Shown here: one piece after another, positions 43,376 to 54,598 of the stretch
Numbering within the stretch: position 1 is the stretch's first letter
Layout of the letters: every line of letters starts with the position of its first letter
IMG/VR virus record: IMGVR_UViG_3300032332_001507
Location: 30,178 to 94,177 of that record
Length of the DNA: 64,000 nt
Origin: a virus
Lineage: Duplodnaviria > Caudoviricetes
Direction: 5' to 3' (one strand)
Made by a program: the position numbers and the translations under genes
Notes under the pieces: model-generated
Told to the model about the DNA's origin: nothing
The model's input: only the letters and a program-made list of their open reading frames with translations
Databases searched by the model: none

Positions 43376-44677
43376 ATGCCTGATTTTAAATTTGGGGCTC
43401 AAGGTATTAATGAGACCTACTCCTCAGTATCCAATTATAGTTCTTTAAATTCTTCAACTAATGCTCCTTTAATAAATGTAGCTCGAGTTAAGAAAATTAT
43501 ATTAGATGATTCTGATCAAGAGATATTTAGACAATTTGGAGAGTGGAATAGTATAGGTACTATATTTTGGTCTCCAATAGGTAAAAAATTAGATAAAGAT
43601 GGAGTCACAGAATATAATCCATCAACATATGCTTTACCATTATTTCCTAATATAAAACATTATCCATTAATAAATGAGATTGTTTATATTGTACAATTAC
43701 CAACAAATGATATTCTAACTGGGAGACCTACTAATAATGGTTGGTATTATTTCCCACCATTAAATATTTGGAATAGTCAATTCCATAACGCGTTACCTGA
43801 AGAAGATAATACTGCTAATGACTCTAATCAAATTGGTGATTATGCTTCATCATTTGCTGGACAAGTTAGACGTCCTGAAGATAATAGTACTGAAATAAAT
43901 TTAGGTTCTACTTTTGATGAACAAACTGGTATAAATAATCACCCATTACTACCATATGAAGGAGATGTTATTTATGAGGGTAGATGGGGTAATTCTATTA
44001 GATTTGGTTCTACAGTTAAAAATGCTGTTATAAGTAATGAGTGGTCAAGTGTAGGAACAAATGGAGATCCTATTACTATTATTAGAAATGGACAAGCAAG
44101 TTATACTAGTGATTCTTGGGTTCCTGAAACTGAAGATATTAATAAAGACGCATCTGATATTTGGTTAACAACAACTCAAAAATTACCTATCACACCTAGT
44201 AGTAATTTAACTGATTCTTACGCTAAATCTAAAGCACCTGAAGATTCTAGAGAATACTCTAAAAATCAAATAGTTTTAAATTCAGGACGTTTAACATTTA
44301 ATGCTAAGAATGACGCTATAATTTTAGGAGCTAATAAAACAATACATTTAACAGCTAATGATTCAGTTAATGCTGATGCTAGTAAATATATAGCTTTAAC
44401 CGCCCCAAAAGTATATTTAGGTTCATCACAAGGTGTTGAAGGTACTAATATACAATCAGCAGTATTAGGAGAGGATCTAAACTCATTATTAGGAGAAATA
44501 TCTCAATATTTATCTACCCTAAATACAGCATTCTCTAGTGCTACAGATAGTTTAGCTGTACCTATAGTATCATTACTTAGTGTAGCTGCTCCTGCATCTT
44601 TAGCTTTAAGTCAAAGACTCCAAGCAGTAGTTAATGGAAAAAATTTATTATCAAATAAAGTAAAAATATCCAAATGA
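43376..44677 (+). CDS. Baseplate hub/central spike (gp5/Vgr-like)
   Basis: YPLINEIV OB-fold-like segment, EGDVIYEGRWGNSIRFGS, beta-helix-like C-terminus, AVLGEDL. Confidence 0.6.
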   Translation: MPDFKFGAQGINETYSSVSNYSSLNSSTNAPLINVARVKKIILDDSDQEIFRQFGEWNSIGTIFWSPIGKKLDKDGVTEYNPSTYALPLFPNIKHYPLINEIVYIVQLPTNDILTGRPTNNGWYYFPPLNIWNSQFHNALPEEDNTANDSNQIGDYASSFAGQVRRPEDNSTEINLGSTFDEQTGINNHPLLPYEGDVIYEGRWGNSIRFGSTVKNAVISNEWSSVGTNGDPITIIRNGQASYTSDSWVPETEDINKDASDIWLTTTQKLPITPSSNLTDSYAKSKAPEDSREYSKNQIVLNSGRLTFNAKNDAIILGANKTIHLTANDSVNADASKYIALTAPKVYLGSSQGVEGTNIQSAVLGEDLNSLLGEISQYLSTLNTAFSSATDSLAVPIVSLLSVAAPASLALSQRLQAVVNGKNLLSNKVKISK

Positions 44678-45876
44678 GTGAAATAGAACAATACGCGATA
44701 ATAAAAGGTAAAGTTGTAGACTCAAACGGAGAACCCTTACGTAAAGTAACTGTAACTATAACTGTATCTCCTAGAAACTCTAAAAATGATAGAACTAATA
44801 AAGACGGGGAATACTCATTTAAATTCCCAGCTACAGATATAAAAGATATACAATTAAATTACTCTTTAGAAAAATACACAACTAAATCAGTCACATCAGT
44901 ATATCAAACATCTGAAACTAAGACTGAGCAAATATATGATGTTCCAAGGATAACATTAACACCTATCCCTAACCCAATCCAACAATTAACTTCTCAAATT
45001 AATCAGGATTTAACTAAGCAAGAAAATCAAATAGCTGGAAAACAAGTAAAAATTCCATTTGACGCTAAAATAGCTAACTCATTAAATAATAAAAAAGAAA
45101 CTATTAAAGCTACTCTAATTCCATTTGTTATAGGACTATTACTAGAATTTGGAACTACAGCAGCTCAAAATGTTATTAATAGAAAAACTACACTTACAGA
45201 CAGTTGTCCTTCTTCTTCTAAAATAAATGAGATAATAAAAAAACGAAATAAATTAGTAAAACAATTAAATAATTTATATTCCTCTATAACTATCTTAACT
45301 AAATTATTAAAATTAGGAGAGTTACAAGTTAAAGCTTTAAATATTGGTATAAATACTATATTTTTACTTCCTATACCCGCTGGAGGAATTCAATTACTTG
45401 GAATCCCATCATTAACTGTAGGACAAATAGAACTTATTGGAGATTTAACTGATTTATTAAAATCTCAACTTAAAAAAAATAATGTTGGAGTTGATATATT
45501 AACTATCACATTAGCAAATATTGGTTTATTACTTGGTGTAATAATTAATTATTTAAATGGATTGGACACTCTATTAGCACAATGTGCTGTAGATCAAAAT
45601 ATGGATTTAGAACAGTTAAATAATGAAATTAATGCTTTATCAAATGCTACTGTGACAGCAACTCAAAGTAAAAATAATACTTATAAAGGATTTACTCTTG
45701 AAGTAAAAATAAATGAAAAAAATCAAAGTAAATTTATACAACGTTTTGCTCAAGCATTAAATAAGCAAGGTGTTCCTGTTTTAAAAACAGAACCTTCATT
45801 TGCCTCTGACCCAAGTGTATTAATTTCTCAATTAAAATTTATAATAGATTCAAATCCTAATTTAACAGCTGAATAA
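44674..45876 (+). CDS. Structural/hypothetical protein with carboxypeptidase-regulatory-like N-domain
   Basis: IKGKVVDSNGEPL...TNKDGEYSF. Confidence 0.5.
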   Translation: MSEIEQYAIIKGKVVDSNGEPLRKVTVTITVSPRNSKNDRTNKDGEYSFKFPATDIKDIQLNYSLEKYTTKSVTSVYQTSETKTEQIYDVPRITLTPIPNPIQQLTSQINQDLTKQENQIAGKQVKIPFDAKIANSLNNKKETIKATLIPFVIGLLLEFGTTAAQNVINRKTTLTDSCPSSSKINEIIKKRNKLVKQLNNLYSSITILTKLLKLGELQVKALNIGINTIFLLPIPAGGIQLLGIPSLTVGQIELIGDLTDLLKSQLKKNNVGVDILTITLANIGLLLGVIINYLNGLDTLLAQCAVDQNMDLEQLNNEINALSNATVTATQSKNNTYKGFTLEVKINEKNQSKFIQRFAQALNKQGVPVLKTEPSFASDPSVLISQLKFIIDSNPNLTAE

Positions 45877-45894
45877 TCAAATATTTATAATCAT

Positions 45895-46263
45895 ATGAAA
45901 ATCGATATTTTAAAAAAATTAATCAAAGAAGCAGTACGTGAAGCAATTCAAGAAGAATTAAAAGACATTCTACTTGAAGCAGTTAAATCACCTAAAACAG
46001 TAGTACAGGAAACTTACACTGGCACCCCATTCTTAAACCAACCAGTAATGGCTGCTAATCCAACAACATCAACCGTAAATCATGATCTTAGACGCAATTT
46101 AAGAAATATGATTGGAGGTGAATTTGACACTGTTGTCACTGCTAACTCATCACATGCCCAACCAGCATACACTCCACCCCCAGTAAATACAGCGGGTGAA
46201 GGATCAAGTTTACCAGGAGGTGAAGTAGGTTTAGACCAAATAATGGGACTAATGAATAGATAA
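45895..46263 (+). CDS. Late protein with LKKLIKEAV N-terminal motif
   Basis: ATATTTAT at 45881. Confidence 0.6.
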   Translation: MKIDILKKLIKEAVREAIQEELKDILLEAVKSPKTVVQETYTGTPFLNQPVMAANPTTSTVNHDLRRNLRNMIGGEFDTVVTANSSHAQPAYTPPPVNTAGEGSSLPGGEVGLDQIMGLMNR

Positions 46264-46664
46264 TGGCTTATAGAATACCAAATAAAAATCCTATTGATGT
46301 TGGCTCAAGAGTAGCTATTGGGGTATCTTTACCTTTTAATACTCCTCAAGTGTTCACTCAAACTTATACTACTCAAGAACAAATTAAATCTAATATCATT
46401 AATTATATTTTAACTGACAGAGGAGAAAGAGTATTCAACCCCACATTTGGAAGTAATATTAGAGCATCAATATTTGAAAACATAACCCCAAATTTATTAC
46501 AAAATCTTCAAATCACATTACAGGATGATTTGAAAATAAATTTCCCAAGTATAAATTTTTCTAAAATAGAAATAACACCAGATTATGATATGAATACAAT
46601 TAATATAGCAATATATTACAGTGTTTATAATAATCCTATCACTGAAATTAATATAACATTATAA
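46263..46664 (+). CDS. Baseplate wedge protein, gp25-like
   Basis: QIKSNI...LTDRGERVFNPTFGS...FE. Confidence 0.85.
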   Translation: MAYRIPNKNPIDVGSRVAIGVSLPFNTPQVFTQTYTTQEQIKSNIINYILTDRGERVFNPTFGSNIRASIFENITPNLLQNLQITLQDDLKINFPSINFSKIEITPDYDMNTINIAIYYSVYNNPITEINITL

Positions 46665-46665
46665 T

Positions 46666-48513
46666 ATGGCCGACGAAAAGAAAAATATAAATTATATAAA
46701 TAAGGATTTTAATCAATTTAAAACATCATTAGTAGATTATGCTAAAACATATTTTTCTACTGTATATAACGATTTCACACCATCTTCACCAGGAATGATG
46801 TTCATGGAAATGTCTGCGTATATAGGTGATGTTTTATCATTTTATTTAGATAATCAAATTCAAGAGACATTTTTACAATTTACTCGCCAACAAAATAATT
46901 TATATAATTTGGCTTACACAATGGGTTACAAACCTAAAGTAACTTCAGTTTCCACAGTGAATATAGATGTATATCAACAAGTACCTTCAAACGCTGGTTC
47001 ACCAGATTATAATTACTCATTACAAGTTAAACCAAATACTGTAATAAAACCATCAGTTGGAGATTCTTTCTTCTTAATTCAAGATCCAATAGATTTTAGT
47101 TTCTCTAGTTCATCAGACCCAACAGAAACTACTTTATATAGTACATCTCCTGATTATTATCTTTTAAAGAAAACAAGAAAAGCAATTTCAGCTGAAATAA
47201 AAACAACTACTTTTACTTTTGGTCCTCCTCAGAAATTTTTGACTGTTGAATTAAGTAATTCTAATATAATTGGAATCTTAGATATAGTAGATAGTGATGG
47301 GAACACTTGGTATGAAGTACCATATCTAGCTCAAGAAACTATTTATGATACTATAAAAAATACTAATGTAAATAATCCTACATTATTTTCAGACAGTAGT
47401 AATACTCCATATCTACTTCAACTTAAAAAAGTTCAACGACGTTTTGTAACTCGTTTTATAAATGAAACAACATTACAAATTCAATTTGGAGCAGGTACCA
47501 ACACCTCAAATACAGATGAAGAGATTATTCCTAATCCAGATAATGTAGGTTTAGGTTTACCTTATAAACAATCAAAACTAAATACAGCATTTTCACCTGC
47601 TAACTTTTTATATACTGATACTTATGGTATCTCTCCTAATAATACTACATTAACAGTTAGATATTTAGTTGGAGGTGGATTACAAGCCAATGTAGCAGCA
47701 GGAACATTATCAGTTATTCCTAATAAAAATACAGATTTTGTTTTTAACAATACTGGATTATCAGCAGTTACCGCTCAATATGTTTTTAATAATATAGTAA
47801 CAAATAATCCATCAGCAGCTAGTGGAGGAGGCCCAGGAGATTCAGATGAAGATATTCGTCTAAAATCATTAGGTACATTTATTACTCAACAAAGAACAAT
47901 AACCCAAGATGATTATTTAATTAGAGCTTTATCTTTACCCTCAGATTATGGAAACATAGCTAAAGTATATGTCGAACCAGAAAAAATATCAAGTTTATTA
48001 CCTGGTGAAACACCATCAGTTCTTAATATGTTTATTTTAGCTTATAATGCTGATAAAAAATTAATAACTTCTTCTCCATCATTAAAACAAAATTTATCAA
48101 CTTATATTTCACAATATAGAGTAATAAACGACTCAATTAAAATTAAAGACGCCTTTATCATTAACATAGGTGTAGATTTTGAAATAATTGTTTTACCCCA
48201 ATATAATAATAATTTAGTATTAACTAACTGTATAACAGCCTTACAAGATTATTTTAATATTGATAAATGGCAAATCAATGAACCTATAATTTTAAAAGAT
48301 TTATTTATTCTTTTAGATAAAATTGAAGGAGTTCAAACTGTCAAAGCAGTTAATATAACTAACAATTCAGGAATATCTTTAGGATACTCAGCTTTTTCAT
48401 ATGATATACCTGGAGCTATCCAAAATAATATTATATATCCAAGTTTAGATCCTATGATATTTGAAGTAAAATACCCTAATAAAGATATTAAAGGTAAAGT
48501 TGTATCTTTTTAA
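46666..48513 (+). CDS. Baseplate wedge protein, gp6/J-like
   Basis: KDFNQFK, AYIGDVLSFYLD, LAYTMGY, GGG...DSDEDIR, QRTITQDDY. Confidence 0.85.
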   Translation: MADEKKNINYINKDFNQFKTSLVDYAKTYFSTVYNDFTPSSPGMMFMEMSAYIGDVLSFYLDNQIQETFLQFTRQQNNLYNLAYTMGYKPKVTSVSTVNIDVYQQVPSNAGSPDYNYSLQVKPNTVIKPSVGDSFFLIQDPIDFSFSSSSDPTETTLYSTSPDYYLLKKTRKAISAEIKTTTFTFGPPQKFLTVELSNSNIIGILDIVDSDGNTWYEVPYLAQETIYDTIKNTNVNNPTLFSDSSNTPYLLQLKKVQRRFVTRFINETTLQIQFGAGTNTSNTDEEIIPNPDNVGLGLPYKQSKLNTAFSPANFLYTDTYGISPNNTTLTVRYLVGGGLQANVAAGTLSVIPNKNTDFVFNNTGLSAVTAQYVFNNIVTNNPSAASGGGPGDSDEDIRLKSLGTFITQQRTITQDDYLIRALSLPSDYGNIAKVYVEPEKISSLLPGETPSVLNMFILAYNADKKLITSSPSLKQNLSTYISQYRVINDSIKIKDAFIINIGVDFEIIVLPQYNNNLVLTNCITALQDYFNIDKWQINEPIILKDLFILLDKIEGVQTVKAVNITNNSGISLGYSAFSYDIPGAIQNNIIYPSLDPMIFEVKYPNKDIKGKVVSF

Positions 48514-48532
48514 TTTTTATATTTATTAACAT

Positions 48533-49657
48533 ATGGCTATATATAAATTATTCCCCACCAAAGATGCAACTATATATTCTAGATATCCTGCTAAAAATAC
48601 AGGTTTAGATGAAATATTAGATGTAAGTATTGAAGATGCTCAAACTAGTGGTAATCCTCAAGCTAGTCGATACCTAATACAATTCTCATCTACAGAAATA
48701 ACAGATGTATTAACTAATAAAGTTAGTGGTTCATCATGGAGTGCTTCTTTAACTAATTATTTAGCTTATGGAGATGGTTTAAATATAGATACTACTTTAG
48801 ATTTTTACCCAATATCTGGATCATGGGTAATGGGAACAGGAAAATTTGCTTATTCTCCTGAATATACAAATGGTGTAAGTTGGACATATAGAGGAGTATC
48901 AGGTAGTAACGCCTGGACTACATCTAGTTTTTCTCCTTATGTAACAGCATCTTATGGTTCAACTAAGGGTGGGGGTACTTGGTATACTGCGTCGTCTAAT
49001 CCATCTATAGTACCATATGTGACTTCATCAATAACGTTTACTTACTTCGATGATTTTGATATTAATACTAATGTTACTAATATAGTTAAAGCATGGACTA
49101 GTAGTTTAATTGAAAACAATGGAATCATTGTTAAACAGAGAACAGAATTCATTAATGACCCTAATTATAATATTACTTTAAGATATTTTTCAAGAGATAC
49201 CCATACTATATATCCTCCAAGTTTAGATATTAAATGGAGAGATTATATTTTTAATACAGGATCATCTACAACAACCATTTTAAATGAACTACCAGCTACT
49301 GTAGCATTAAATGAAAACCCAGGAATATTTTATCCTGAAAGTATAAATAGATTTAGAGTAAATAGTAGACCTGAATATCCATATAGAGTATGGCAGACGT
49401 CTTCTTATTATACTGTAAATTATTATTTACCAACAGCTTCATATTATGCTATAAAAGACTTGGATACTAATGAATATGTTGTTAACTTTGATGATCAATT
49501 CACTCAGTTAAGTGCTGATAATCAAAGTAGTTATTTTGATTTATATATGAATGGTTTACAACCTGAAAGATATTACTCAATTTTAATTAAAACTACTATT
49601 AATGGTAGTACTTTAATATTTGATAATGATTATAATTTTAAAATAATAAATGGCTAA
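48533..49657 (+). CDS. Virion structural protein (DNRLRE-like beta-sandwich)
   Basis: PTKDATIYS, SRYLIQF, NVTNIVKAW, NNGII. Confidence 0.55.
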   Translation: MAIYKLFPTKDATIYSRYPAKNTGLDEILDVSIEDAQTSGNPQASRYLIQFSSTEITDVLTNKVSGSSWSASLTNYLAYGDGLNIDTTLDFYPISGSWVMGTGKFAYSPEYTNGVSWTYRGVSGSNAWTTSSFSPYVTASYGSTKGGGTWYTASSNPSIVPYVTSSITFTYFDDFDINTNVTNIVKAWTSSLIENNGIIVKQRTEFINDPNYNITLRYFSRDTHTIYPPSLDIKWRDYIFNTGSSTTTILNELPATVALNENPGIFYPESINRFRVNSRPEYPYRVWQTSSYYTVNYYLPTASYYAIKDLDTNEYVVNFDDQFTQLSADNQSSYFDLYMNGLQPERYYSILIKTTINGSTLIFDNDYNFKIING

Positions 49658-49994
49658 TTATCAATTAAACAAAACATTATATCCTAGAAGTATATATGAA
49701 AATGTAATTGATACTACATTTACACAAAATACTCCCCCACCACCTATAGAAGACACTATAACTGTGGAGCAATTTTTTACATTTTATGATAAATTATTTT
49801 ATGATATTCCGGTGGCTGGTGATATAAATTCACATGCTTACATTGTAAAACGTAGTGGAGAATATATTAACTTTGATAATACAAATGAAGATATCCAAGT
49901 ATTATTAGATGAAATAACCTCTTTACAACAAGAATTATTAGCAGCTAACCAAACAATACTAAATCTCCAAATCTCAGGATCAACAACTATATAA
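49650..49994 (+). CDS. Structural-region hypothetical protein
   Basis: Tiled ORF with C-terminal coiled coil. Confidence 0.55.
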   Translation: MANYQLNKTLYPRSIYENVIDTTFTQNTPPPPIEDTITVEQFFTFYDKLFYDIPVAGDINSHAYIVKRSGEYINFDNTNEDIQVLLDEITSLQQELLAANQTILNLQISGSTTI

Positions 49995-49995
49995 G

Positions 49996-52900
49996 ATGGC
50001 TACAATTGTTACTCAAATATTTTCCCCAACATCATACAATCCTTCAGATGAAGTATTATTAAATCCATCTATAACACAATCTATTTTTGATCCTTCTCAA
50101 AACTATATAGAGTATACTATACAAACTTTAGACGAGTCATTCACTACAACAGATTATAGTTATAATAGATATTCTTTTCCTAAAAGTGGAGTCACATCAA
50201 ATGATATTGGGGATATTATAATTAGTCCTGAAAATGATATAGCTAATTATGGATTTACTAGTGGAGAATATAATGTTTATTATAATTTTTTAAAAAACGA
50301 GTTAAACACCTCTTTTAGTAATAGATCATTTTACATTAAAGAAATATCAGCTGATAGAACAGAAGTAATATTAGGATACACTACAGATCAAGTCACTACT
50401 ATAACAGATGTTAATAATTTTAAAACTCAATTAAATTCCAATCCTAACTATTTCCAAGATTTTTATTTAAATTTTGGTGAAAATAATTTAGTTATTGCTA
50501 ATAACATAGCAGTTAATAATGAAACATTTGATGTTTTAATTAATCTATATGAAGCTTTACCTTTAAATATTAACACTAAAGATACATTATGGGTTGTTAC
50601 TCAAATTGCAAATGAATTAACATTTAATATAACCTTTACACCAGAAGTTATTGTTCCAACAATAACAACATTTCCTTTAAATAGTCCTAATTTTAACTTA
50701 GATGTTAAAGATCAAACTAATAATTCAACAGGATATGTAACATATGAATCATTAATTACTAGTTCTTTATTATCAACTTCATATTCTCAATTAAATAATT
50801 TAATATCATCATCTGGTATTGAAATTGGAATTGATTATACTGATTTTTCAAATTTTATACATTTTTCATCTGCTGTAACTAGAATTAATAATTTTTATTA
50901 TAAAAAACAATTAATTGACCAATACCAGCAAGAAATTAATGTTCTTAATGGAATAACATCATTAGTCACATCTAGTAATATATCTATCCTAACAAATAAA
51001 ATCAATAACATAATTGAAAATTTTGACGGATATGAATATTTTTTATATTATGATACTGGATCTTATTCCTATCCTAAATCTGGCTCTACAGTTCCTTATA
51101 CTCTATATCCAGCTGGGGCTCCACAAGTAAGATCTTGGCTAGGAGATGCTGATAATTTAACAGGAATATTAGGAAGTGCTTCTATATATGATCAATCTAA
51201 TTTAGATTATTTATATAATACAATCCCTAACTTTATTCAAGAAGATCCACAAAACGATCCATATAAATTATTTGTAGAGATGGTCGCTCAATCTTATGAT
51301 AATATTTGGATTTACTATAAAGACGTAACTAATAGATACAATGCTGATAATAGATTAGATTCTGGTATTTCTAAAGATTTAGTAGCTAATGCTCTTAGAT
51401 CATTTGGAGTTAAATTATATCAAAATAATTTCTCAACTAATGATCTATACTCAGCGTTTTTAGGATACGGAGCTATAAATCCTGAAACTACAGGATCAAC
51501 TCCAGTAACAGCGGGATCAGGTCAAGAATATATAAAAAATTATATTACAGCATCTTATGATGCTTCAGTAATGCCTTTAGATGATGTAAATAAAGAAACA
51601 TATAAACGTTTATATCATAACTTACCATATTTAGCTAAAACTAAAGGTACTATACCTGGTTTAAGAGCATTAATAAATTGTTTTGGTATTCCTGATACTA
51701 TTTTAAGAATTAGTGAGTTTGGAGGTAGAGATAAAGATACTTCTACTTATGACTATTTTGACCAAAAATATAATTATGAGTATTTAGCTAATGGGACTAA
51801 TTATGTTACTTCTAGTTTTGTTCTTAATTCTAATTGGGGAGCAGATAATAGTCGTCCTGAATGTATTCAATTTAGAATAAAACCTGGGGAATTACCAACA
51901 ACTAGTATACCGTATTCTCAAAGTATTTTAATCCTAAACACAGCATCTTCTGATATTTCTGCTTTAATACTTAGATATACAGGATCTGGATACGCAACTG
52001 CATCATATTCTGGCTCCACTTACTCAGCCTCATATCAATATGCTAATTTAGAATTTATCCCTAGAATAGGATCCCCAACTACATCAGCTAGTATATATTT
52101 ACCTTTTTATGACGAAGGATGGTGGTCTATAATGATTAATAGAACATCAACTACTGATTATACATTATATGCCGGAAATAAACTATATTATGATGGATAT
52201 GATGGAAACCAAATGGGCTTCATATCATCAGCATCTGTCACAGCGAACAGTGTTAATAATGGAGGATACAGTGGTAACAGCGCTAGCTTTGCTTCGGGTA
52301 GTATAACTATAGGAAGCAGTACTTATCAAAAATTTTCTGGGTCAATTCAAGAAATTAGATTTTGGTCTAAAACAGGCAGTGTAGAAGCTTTTAAGGACTT
52401 TACAATGAATCCTAGTTCAATAGATTATACAAGTTTAGAAAATGAATACTCAAACTATTTAGCTTTTAGATTACCACTAGGTAACGAATTATACACCGGA
52501 TCTACATCTGTTCATCCAAAAATATCTGGATCGTGGGTTACTACATCTTCGTTTGTTGGAACTTCCACAGCTTACATAAGTAATACTTCCTCATTTCAAT
52601 CTAATATAGAATCGTTTTTTTATGACCAACCTATAGCAGGTATTAAAAATAGAGTAACAGATAAAATACAAATTGTATCTTCAAGTTACCCAACAGGAAG
52701 TGTATTGTCACAATATCGTTCTTTAGAACAAACATATCCTACTTTAGGTAGTGAAACTCCCGATATTAATTTATTAGAAGTAGCATTTTCACCTCAAAAT
52801 GAAATTAATAATGATATTATTAGTTCTTTAGGATATTTTAATATAGGTGAATACATTGGTGACCCAAGACAAGTATCATCTTCTGCTACTACTTATCCTG

Positions 52901-54597
52901 ATTTAGTTAATTTAAGTAATGGTTTCTTCCAAAAATATTTTGCTACATATGATTTATTTGATTATATAAGATTAATTAAATATTTTGACAATTCATTATT
53001 TAAAATGATTCAAGATTTTGTCCCTGCTAGAACAAGTCTTATATCTGGTGTAGTTATTAAACAACATTTATTAGAAAGAAATAAATATCCTCAACCACAA
53101 GTTGAATGGGAATTTGAAGACTATAGTGGATCAATTTATTCACAACAAATATGGGATGAGAGAGTTACAGGTTCATATATTGAGACTTCAATCATAGAAA
53201 AAACATTTGGAGGCACAGGTGGAACATTTGATTCTTACAACTTTACAGGATCAATTCTTCCTCCTACATTCATTAATAATACTCAATCATGGGGAGAAGA
53301 AGTTAAAACACCAGCAGGATTATTAACTATTAGCCATTCAGCACAAGATGAGTTCTATAATGGTGAATTACCTGGATTAGAATTACTAATAACTAGTGGA
53401 GAATTAAATGAAGCTAATACTATTAAATACCCTTCAGATTATGCTATATTTTATAATCCTACATTATATACTAGTGATATAACCCCAGAATCTGATTTTA
53501 CAAACTTAAATACTTCTCCTAACCCGGGTGAGATATTCTTATGGTGGGATAGTGGTAGTTTAACCAACCCAGGTAATACTAGAATTATATATGTAAAGGG
53601 CGCTACAAATTATTTTAATGCTAATAAAACAAATGGTGTTAAATATATTAAACTAAATAGAATTGATTCAGGAGGATTAGATCAATATACATATTTAAAC
53701 CAACTACAAACATTAACATTAACATATCCTGACAGATCAAATGTTACTTATAATATAGCTGGAGTCCAAAATTTTGGAGATTACTATCTATATAGTATAG
53801 GCCCATACGCTCCAGGAGGTATGAATAATTTTAATACTTCCTCAGCTGGAGATATTAATGATTATAGTTTTTTAGCCACATCTGCTAGCTCATTTTCAAC
53901 AAGTTATTTACCATTAGGAAATCCTGGAGAATTTTATAATAATAGAGTATTATCATACGGAACAATTTCAGGTAATACTTTAGGTTTTATGAATACCTCA
54001 ACTGGAATATATACACCAGGTCAAACCCCAAATAAATACATTCAAGTTAGAATTAGTGGAAGTGCTACTTCCTCACCATCAGGATTATTCGCCATATTTG
54101 TAGCTAATCCCAATGGAGCAGTTGTTAATGATGGAGGAGTTTTAACTAAACTAATAAATATTAATTTTTCTAGTGGAGATTTTGATACTACATTTTATTT
54201 AACTTCATCAATGCGTTTGGTAGAAAATACTAATATAGGTTTTGGAGCAGTTACAGGTGGTAATACTGTTACAATAAGTAAATTCCATGTTAGTATGTCA
54301 TTATATGATGCTACTCCATTTAATGGTTCATCATCATTAACATTATTTGACCCATATGTAGTTAATTTTGATTATAATGAATACAATGCTTTACTAGATA
54401 ACGCTGAGATACCCCAAGAATCAGTTTTCTTTATGGATGTAGATTATTCACAGAATCCCTTGATCCCAGTAAATCAATCTATTATATTAAATGGAGACGC
54501 TGATAGAGCATATGTTCAAGACTCTAATTACAATTCAAAATCATGGAGTAATATTAGATATAATGGAAGCAAATATAACTCAGTAAAATTTAATTAA
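49996..54597 (+). CDS. Large baseplate/tail structural protein with LamG-like segment
   Basis: 1533 aa; KTKGT..GLRALI..FG gp7/tail-I-like motif; FSGSIQEIRFW. Confidence 0.65.
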   Translation: MATIVTQIFSPTSYNPSDEVLLNPSITQSIFDPSQNYIEYTIQTLDESFTTTDYSYNRYSFPKSGVTSNDIGDIIISPENDIANYGFTSGEYNVYYNFLKNELNTSFSNRSFYIKEISADRTEVILGYTTDQVTTITDVNNFKTQLNSNPNYFQDFYLNFGENNLVIANNIAVNNETFDVLINLYEALPLNINTKDTLWVVTQIANELTFNITFTPEVIVPTITTFPLNSPNFNLDVKDQTNNSTGYVTYESLITSSLLSTSYSQLNNLISSSGIEIGIDYTDFSNFIHFSSAVTRINNFYYKKQLIDQYQQEINVLNGITSLVTSSNISILTNKINNIIENFDGYEYFLYYDTGSYSYPKSGSTVPYTLYPAGAPQVRSWLGDADNLTGILGSASIYDQSNLDYLYNTIPNFIQEDPQNDPYKLFVEMVAQSYDNIWIYYKDVTNRYNADNRLDSGISKDLVANALRSFGVKLYQNNFSTNDLYSAFLGYGAINPETTGSTPVTAGSGQEYIKNYITASYDASVMPLDDVNKETYKRLYHNLPYLAKTKGTIPGLRALINCFGIPDTILRISEFGGRDKDTSTYDYFDQKYNYEYLANGTNYVTSSFVLNSNWGADNSRPECIQFRIKPGELPTTSIPYSQSILILNTASSDISALILRYTGSGYATASYSGSTYSASYQYANLEFIPRIGSPTTSASIYLPFYDEGWWSIMINRTSTTDYTLYAGNKLYYDGYDGNQMGFISSASVTANSVNNGGYSGNSASFASGSITIGSSTYQKFSGSIQEIRFWSKTGSVEAFKDFTMNPSSIDYTSLENEYSNYLAFRLPLGNELYTGSTSVHPKISGSWVTTSSFVGTSTAYISNTSSFQSNIESFFYDQPIAGIKNRVTDKIQIVSSSYPTGSVLSQYRSLEQTYPTLGSETPDINLLEVAFSPQNEINNDIISSLGYFNIGEYIGDPRQVSSSATTYPDLVNLSNGFFQKYFATYDLFDYIRLIKYFDNSLFKMIQDFVPARTSLISGVVIKQHLLERNKYPQPQVEWEFEDYSGSIYSQQIWDERVTGSYIETSIIEKTFGGTGGTFDSYNFTGSILPPTFINNTQSWGEEVKTPAGLLTISHSAQDEFYNGELPGLELLITSGELNEANTIKYPSDYAIFYNPTLYTSDITPESDFTNLNTSPNPGEIFLWWDSGSLTNPGNTRIIYVKGATNYFNANKTNGVKYIKLNRIDSGGLDQYTYLNQLQTLTLTYPDRSNVTYNIAGVQNFGDYYLYSIGPYAPGGMNNFNTSSAGDINDYSFLATSASSFSTSYLPLGNPGEFYNNRVLSYGTISGNTLGFMNTSTGIYTPGQTPNKYIQVRISGSATSSPSGLFAIFVANPNGAVVNDGGVLTKLININFSSGDFDTTFYLTSSMRLVENTNIGFGAVTGGNTVTISKFHVSMSLYDATPFNGSSSLTLFDPYVVNFDYNEYNALLDNAEIPQESVFFMDVDYSQNPLIPVNQSIILNGDADRAYVQDSNYNSKSWSNIRYNGSKYNSVKFN

Positions 54598-54598
54598 T